A stretch of DNA of 64,000 nucleotides, from contig CP142731.1 of the NCBI GenBank assembly GCA_036630325.1, positions 682,001 through 746,000 of the forward strand, in the 5' to 3' direction. Positions 57,365 through 64,000 of this stretch are shown one piece after another. The position numbers and the translations under genes are program-made. Position 1 is the first letter of the stretch. Each line of letters starts with the position of its first letter. This DNA is from Vairimorpha necatrix. Taxonomy: Eukaryota. The notes under the pieces are model-generated. The model was not told where the DNA came from and made no database searches. It was given only the letters and a program-made list of their open reading frames with translations.

Positions 57365-59617
57365 TTAATAGTTTTTAAATATGCTTACGAGTTTATCAAA
57401 TAATTCAATTCCAGGGGCTTCTTGTATAATCTGAAGTAATTCTAACTTGCACAATAACAATTTTATAAATTCCAATTCAGTTTCGCTCTTCTCTTTTTCA
57501 TATGGATTAGTTATAAAATTGCTTCCAAATAGTTTTATTATCGTTTTTGGCAATTCTTCCATTGCTTTTTTTTTGAAATTTTCCAAAACTGACATTGTTA
57601 TAATTTTTTTTATGTGTTTTTTTGAGTCATTTTTATACTCAAGTACTAATTCTTTATTTATGTTCGTCGTTATAATTTCATCCTCGTTTTCGTTAAAAGT
57701 TTCCTCAATATCTTTATTTGCTTTAGTTATTAATTCGTTTTCAAACATTATCCTTCCCCGTTCGTCAAAATTATTATTAAGATCTCGATTATGTCCCTCT
57801 AATATAATGTTTTTTAAATTTTCAGACAGAAGAGTGACCAAAATATTTTCCATCGGTTTCATTTCTTCTATTTTTCTAATTCTTGTTTCCTTGAATTTAA
57901 TATCCATGACAGTATTTTCTGCAAGTCTTTTCTGTATTATCTTAGTAGTTTCATAAATTTGAACTTTATCAAATCCTAGATCTTGTATAAAACCATCTTT
58001 ATTATTTTTTATTTGGTCGTATTTGTGACCAAAAAAATCATCCAGTCCTGTAAATAGTAAACCGATTTTGCAGAAATGCAAAATTATCGAAGATTTAAAA
58101 TTGTAAATATTTTCAATATGTGTATTTACTATTTCTTGCATTATTTGTCCCAGACTAATACATGCTCTGTTATGATCATTATTATCTTTTTTAGTATCAG
58201 TTTTTTCAATAATAAATGTTTGTATATCTTTCAAGGTTGAAACTAATTCGTCATTCTTATGATGGCTTTCATTAATAAATCTTTCCGCTTCTATTAATAA
58301 ACAAATTTTAATCAAATAACAATATGCATGCCCAGCTTCTGCGGCTTTAAACATTAAAATATTTATAATATCGGGGATAAATGTGTCATAATCTAGACCT
58401 TCTCCTATTCCCAATATCGCTCTAAAATGGTGTTGATTAATTATATTTCCAGAAACCAATAAATGTGCACATATTATATTTAAAGGCGATTTTTTGTTTT
58501 TTATTATTTTAGCCATTATTGATTCAATTTTGTTGTGACTTCTAAACATTCTAAAAAATAGCTCAATTCCTCTACAATCGTATTCTACATTTTTTATTTC
58601 TGAGATTTTATTTAAAATTTCTCTAAATTTAATGTAAAATTTTTCTTCAATAAAGAGGTTGTTATCTTTTTCAGCTGTATTGGCTTTAGGATAATAAAAA
58701 TACTTACCATTATTATGATTAAAACTTATTTTATCAGGCAACATCTCAAGTTTGAAGTTTGATTTAGGAATTTCTATTTCATTAGACGTAATTTTCAAGT
58801 GATGTGGCAGATAATATGTTTCTATCAATTGAAAATGAAATAACTCACATATTTTTAGCAATTTCTGCAGAATACATGTGTCAAAATTATTATTTAGAAT
58901 TATATTGGTATCACTTAGAGTATAAAAGTTCCCAACTCCTAGTTCTTCAACATTTATTTCAAATAAATAGCACATATCTTCTCTTTTTATGTAAAATCTT
59001 AAGTTTCTGTCCTGGTGATTTCCATTTTCCCAAACATGAACCATAGACATAAGGAGTTTATCTTCGTTGTCTATTGTGGCCGGCTTCAAAGCATTTAACA
59101 TCCCGTTTAAGTATGAATCATCTTCACATATATGTTCATAGTATATTTCCCAAGCTTTTATATTCATTCTCCTTTTTTCATTAATGTTTTTTATACTTTC
59201 TACTACATCTTTCATGATAGAGGAACTCGCAAAATTAGATGAATCATACACTAAGATAAAAGATAGACTAATTTCTGATTTCAAACGTAGTGCTAAATGG
59301 CATTCAATATCCTCTCTAATTTCATTTGCAGATTTATTACCATAATAGTATGGAAGTTTCTCTGTGTTTTGATCTGCATCACTTAAATTTTTTTTTTCAA
59401 TTTCAAGAAAAAAAAACTTTCTGCCTTCGTCAAAAGAAAGAGTAATTTTATTATATTGTTCTAAATAATTAAAACGAATATATTCTCTATTTTCAATTTG
59501 TTTTAATATCTTATCTTTAGTTAATTCATATAGTTGCTGATTATTTTTTATTTTGTCAAACACTATCTCTGTTGTCTGACTTTTTAGAAAAGAAAAAACT
59601 AATATAAATGCATTCAT
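57365..59617 (-). CDS. Hypothetical protein, 750 aa, probable host gene with short hydrophobic N-terminus
   Basis: Long uninterrupted ORF; T-rich leader with TCC just before ATG; no transposon or other motif recognised. Confidence 0.8.
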   Translation of the reverse strand: MNAFILVFSFLKSQTTEIVFDKIKNNQQLYELTKDKILKQIENREYIRFNYLEQYNKITLSFDEGRKFFFLEIEKKNLSDADQNTEKLPYYYGNKSANEIREDIECHLALRLKSEISLSFILVYDSSNFASSSIMKDVVESIKNINEKRRMNIKAWEIYYEHICEDDSYLNGMLNALKPATIDNEDKLLMSMVHVWENGNHQDRNLRFYIKREDMCYLFEINVEELGVGNFYTLSDTNIILNNNFDTCILQKLLKICELFHFQLIETYYLPHHLKITSNEIEIPKSNFKLEMLPDKISFNHNNGKYFYYPKANTAEKDNNLFIEEKFYIKFREILNKISEIKNVEYDCRGIELFFRMFRSHNKIESIMAKIIKNKKSPLNIICAHLLVSGNIINQHHFRAILGIGEGLDYDTFIPDIINILMFKAAEAGHAYCYLIKICLLIEAERFINESHHKNDELVSTLKDIQTFIIEKTDTKKDNNDHNRACISLGQIMQEIVNTHIENIYNFKSSIILHFCKIGLLFTGLDDFFGHKYDQIKNNKDGFIQDLGFDKVQIYETTKIIQKRLAENTVMDIKFKETRIRKIEEMKPMENILVTLLSENLKNIILEGHNRDLNNNFDERGRIMFENELITKANKDIEETFNENEDEIITTNINKELVLEYKNDSKKHIKKIITMSVLENFKKKAMEELPKTIIKLFGSNFITNPYEKEKSETELEFIKLLLCKLELLQIIQEAPGIELFDKLVSIFKNY

Positions 59618-60901
59618 ATGGAATAAAAAAAAAACGAAAATTTATATGTAAAAAAACAACACGTAATTTACTAATGCTACAGCATTAGATTGACCAAAAA
59701 TATGAGTTTAATGTAAATTGCATCCTAAAAGTAAGACATAAAATATATTTATTTGTTTTTTTTCGACAGGCATTTAGAAATTTATGGCTTTGACAGCTGT
59801 CTTGAACAGAAGAAAACATTCTTAAAAATTTTAGAAAAATATTAGATAATATACATTGTTTTTTTTAATGCAACGAATGTAATTCGGTGTGAGAAAATGT
59901 CAAAATAAATTGACATTTGATTTTAAGAAAAGTTATTTGCGTCAAATAAAATGTAAGCACTTCAAGTAAAATAAAAATTCAAAAGCATACAATAGCTGTC
60001 AAATCACCCTATACCATGTGCAATTAAAATTTTCATATGTCATTATAATTTAAAATTTAAAGTTTTGATGTGATTTTCTTTCAACGCAAACTTCACAACC
60101 TCATACAAAATTAAACGTATTGAAGTTCCGTACATATAAAGATTTTTTAAAAGAAATAAAGCTTAATTATTTTTAAATATAATTGTAAAAAGTTATATTT
60201 ATTGTATATATATGCTCAACATCCCGCGCTAAATTTATAACTGAGTGATGTAATCGTCTTTACTGCTTCCTACGCCTTCAACTTGGTTCTCAAAATAAAA
60301 GTATATTTTTATGATAACTGACCATTGACTGCGCTTTACTCTTTTTGCTTCTTACTAACTTTTCTTATATTGGTCTTTACGGAATCTCCTTCTCTGTTAT
60401 AATACATATAGTCTATGGGCATGGGATTTTTTACACATGTCTTCTCAACAATGGAACCAGATTTTATCCGTCTATCTCATTCTTGAAATACAACTCAGTC
60501 TTTTTTTTTTATTTCTTTTCTTTTTAAATCTCTCTGGATCAATGAACACTGGTGGTTAACTATCTTGCCACGATAGCCTTAAATATAAATATTGGGATTA
60601 TCACTACACTCAATCTGGGTATCCCTTATGTCAGATCTTATACAGTCAATACTGTTTTTTCATAGCTCTTCTAAGTCTTCACATATCCGGGCCCTCAACT
60701 GATGCAAGTTATCACCTTCTCTTCTGTTAAACATCCAACAATTCCAATTCTAGCATATACTGCATTTTTCTACGTCTTATGCCTTGACGGAACTTAAAAC
60801 CTCTTCTTTTGTTTTTTATTTTAGTTTGATAACTTTTTTTTCCCAACATGTTAAAGATAATTTAAGTTAAGAGTTAAATTAATCAATTTTATATTCTAAA
60901 C

Positions 60902-60906
<5 letters not shown>

Positions 60907-60934
<28 letters not shown>
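60907..60934. repeat. (AT)n microsatellite
   Basis: Direct reading of the sequence. Confidence 0.9.
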
Positions 60935-60936
<2 letters not shown>

Positions 60937-61284
60937 CTTCAAGGAGCAACTATGTTAGATCATAAGACTTTCCTGCTAATAGAGTAATCGTAGGCTGCCA
61001 GGTTGTTTGAGAGGACATAGAGTGTTTGATACCTGTCAATAAATTAGAACGAAAAAGTGCAAAGCTATCTAAATGATCATAATTTATTTAGAAAATGCAC
61101 CAAAACAAAATTTATTTTTATCTTGTAGTGATCAAGAATGATAAAAAATATTATGAAGCAAGTACAGAGCGAACTTAAAACGGACAGCAATCAAAACATA
61201 AACTAATATATATGTACTATTTATGAGAGTGACATTATGAAGTCAATTTTCTATGTATTTAAAAATTAGGAGCTGGGATACTTA

Positions 61285-62088
61285 CAGCCCCCGCATTTGA
61301 GGCGCTACGATTTTTTTTTCCGAACCCCAAAAATGAAGTGTAAAAAAAGGAGGAGCAAAGAAGAGACGAAAATTACTAGGCACTTATGATATTAAAAATA
61401 CTAAATAAATATATATATATATACACAATTATATTTTACTACAAGTTTTTACAATAATATAAACCAATAAGCATTTTTTGCCCTTCTGATTTTTTAGAAT
61501 TGGGGACAAAAACGCTTCCCTCTGAGATGGTTCACTTTATTATTTTGAAAACCCAAAACGAAGTGCAAAATAAAGGATAAGCAACCATTAGTACTCAAAT
61601 TACTTGCATCTTCAAACAGTAAAAATACCAAATAAATATATATTCTTATACGAAATTTAATTTAAAAAAAGAATATAACCATAAAACTATATAATTCAAA
61701 ATAACTTAACATATTTAAATTAAATTTTTTGATTTAACAATCTGTATAGATCGTTGAACATTTATTTAAATTTTCTTATATAAATAATATTTACAATTAA
61801 AATTGTTGGTTTATTAATAAAGTAGATTTTCGAAGAAAATCTACTTTCATAATAAACCAACAATTAAAAAAAATTGAAAAAATAAGAAGGGTGAAAACAG
61901 ACACAATACTTAAAATGATTATTATAACTAAATCTAAAATTAATTTTTGTATAAAAGCATATATTTATTTAGTATTTTTAATATCATAAGTGCCTAGTAA
62001 TTTTCGTCTCTTCTTTGCTCCTCCTTTTTTTACACTTCATTTTTGGGGTTCGGAAAAAAAAATCGTAGCGCCTCAAATGCGGGGGCTG
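61285..62088. mobile_element. MITE/foldback element with ~130-bp near-perfect TIRs
   Basis: CAGCCCCCGCATTTGAGGCGC... at 61285-61412 is mirrored at ~61960-62088; TA on both flanks; non-coding interior. Confidence 0.85.
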
Positions 62089-62814
62089 TAAGTTCTCTTT
62101 AGCCAAAAATTATTTTACTTGGAAGTTTTTTTTTTACAAAAAATTTAAACATATATCTTTAAATCTTTTTATTATAATACCGAAAATAAAATGTTACAAT
62201 TTGATAATTTAAAACTTCTATATAAACTTATTATTAATTTATTATTTAATTGTGTCCATTATATATTTACAAAAAATTACCCTATATGATTTTTTATATT
62301 ATCTTGTTATTGGCTTCAAATATTGAGAATTCACATACTATAGATACTGTACTCGAAATGTCCCCGATTAGTTTCTCAAATAATGTTTCTGAAGCCCCAA
62401 TTAAAGTTATTAAACATAAACGCGCACTAGGTGGAAAGCAGTGTGAAAAAAGTTGTCATATACTTCTTTCTTCGCTTTTCATAGTATCGATAATATTATT
62501 GGTTTTGGGCTTTAAAAATGGAACTTATTATATATTTGCAATGATATGATTATTAATGTGGATTTTAATAGCAGGGTTGGTTGCGTGTTCGGTACGTCTA
62601 GGAATATTTTCATAGAAATCGTAAGTATTTTAAATTAAACAATTTTATACAAATCAAAAACAGTTATAATGCATTATAGTAAATATACCACATGTTGATT
62701 CGGAATATATGTCTAAATTTTATCTTTAAAATTGTCTTTCACACAACCAAATTATGACATAATTAGTACATGTATTTATTTATCATATTTGGGGTTCAGA
62801 AATATAAGAATATA

Positions 62815-64000
62815 CAGTCCATTTCATTTTTATAGACACCTTGTTTCATAATTATAGACACCTTGTTCCATTTTTATAGACACTTTGTTTCATTTTTATA
62901 GAACCCTCATTTCATTATTATAGATACCTTGTTTCATTTTTATAGAACCCTCATTTCATTATTATAGACACCTTGTTTTATTTTTATAGACATCTTGTTA
63001 TAAAATCTATTTTTATTTTTTTCATAATTTATTTATATAGTTGAATCGTAAAGAAGAGATAACGATATAGATATAAACATCAATATTTACATGGCAAACA
63101 ATTAAAACATCTTAGAAGTTTTTAATTAAAATGTTTAATATTAATTCAAAAAAAATTCGCATTGACAAGAGCTTTCTCGATAAATTCTCTCATATGAGAA
63201 AAGTAACCATCCATGACGAATACTTCTGTGTTCAACACGTCCTCAATACAATCAAATAACAAAGGAGTGGTTGTTGGTCTAGGTCTCTGTTTTACTCGAA
63301 ACTTGAAACTGTTTAAAAACTCCTCGATGGGGTTTAGTTGTGGAGAATATGGAGGGAGAAGTTTTAGACTGTGTCATTTGTTTCTAGCTGCAGCAACTAC
63401 TTCGGATGTTCTGTGTATAGATGTGTTATCCAATATTATAGATCTGTTTTCCTCTTGCTCACAAATAGGTAAATAGTTGTTAATGAATTGACAAAATCTG
63501 TAGATTTAAAATTCCGACTTTAGTTTTATGCGCTTATAATCCAATAACGCTTATAGCACACATTAAAGAAATATTAGTCCCTTTCGAATTCAAAGCCGTT
63601 ACACAACACTTAGTATTTCTTAAAGAATAACCAAAAGTATTGTTAAGGTGCAGATTTAAACCAGTTTTATCGAGAAATATTAAATTATCATTTGATATGA
63701 TATCTATTACCCTCGCATATTGACACCTTAACAGCTTGTTCTGAGGACTGTTTCTACTTAGTGGAATCAAAGTCTGGGTTTAGAACTATACCCTATTTTT
63801 TTTAACAAGTCTGCAAACAGTTGACTTAGAGTAATGTCCCGTGGAATTTAAATTTTGCAATTTATCGGATAAATTATATAGACCTAGACAAGGATTACGG
63901 GCCATTTCCGTTGCAATAATATTTGAAACCATAGAAATATCTTTTAAAGATTCACTCTTTTTTTGTCCTGCCGTTTTAAAGTTAAAGGTCGGTAAATTCT
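62815..64000 (-). mobile_element. Tc1/mariner (IS630-type) transposon, decayed, running off the window
   Basis: TA|CAGTCC terminus at 62815; fragments IFLDKTGLNL, KGTNISLMCAIS, LDNTSIH, LPPYSPQLNPIEE on the minus strand. Confidence 0.82.
62820..62998. repeat. Subterminal tandem repeat, ~21-bp unit (GACACCTTGTTTCATTTTTATA-like), about 8 copies
   Basis: Direct reading; begins within the putative Tc1 terminus. Confidence 0.88.

Noticed and set aside
60230-60860. Possible integrase relic on the minus strand
   Set aside because: Only a weak SDN-like word; no collinear motif set could be established.
62820-62998. CRISPR-like array
   Set aside because: Units are contiguous with no unique spacers, the context is eukaryotic, and the repeat lies at a Tc1 terminus.

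Overview
AT-rich eukaryotic DNA from a microsporidian. The SSU rRNA is of the Vairimorpha/Nosema type (recognised from memory as close to V. necatrix; needs BLAST). The window is almost entirely rDNA plus nested transposons. In order: a complete Helitron (2280-10441) containing a Ty3/gypsy element with 38-bp LTRs; a Ginger-like integrase DNA transposon; one SSU-ITS-LSU rDNA unit (13105-~16870); then, starting ~60 nt after the LSU, a ~27-kb head-to-tail, same-strand array (16930-44072). The array holds four copies of an APE-RT LINE (family A), one 5'-truncated LINE of a second family (B), and ten whole or partial copies of a ~0.5-kb non-coding element. The main discovery is that this short element starts exactly at a 69-nt HDV/CPEB3-like ribozyme fold and ends in the same ~300-nt 3' tail and T-rich terminus as LINE A. 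It looks like a ribozyme-headed non-autonomous retroelement fed by rDNA read-through (inferred, not tested). Further right: a mini-Helitron, tRNA-Thr(CGT), a decayed gypsy interrupted by a tRNA-headed SINE whose tail matches LINE B, Merlin, Ginger and Tc1 relics, MITEs, and one 750-aa host gene of unknown function. Coordinates were read by eye; rRNA ends and T-tail junctions are approximate.
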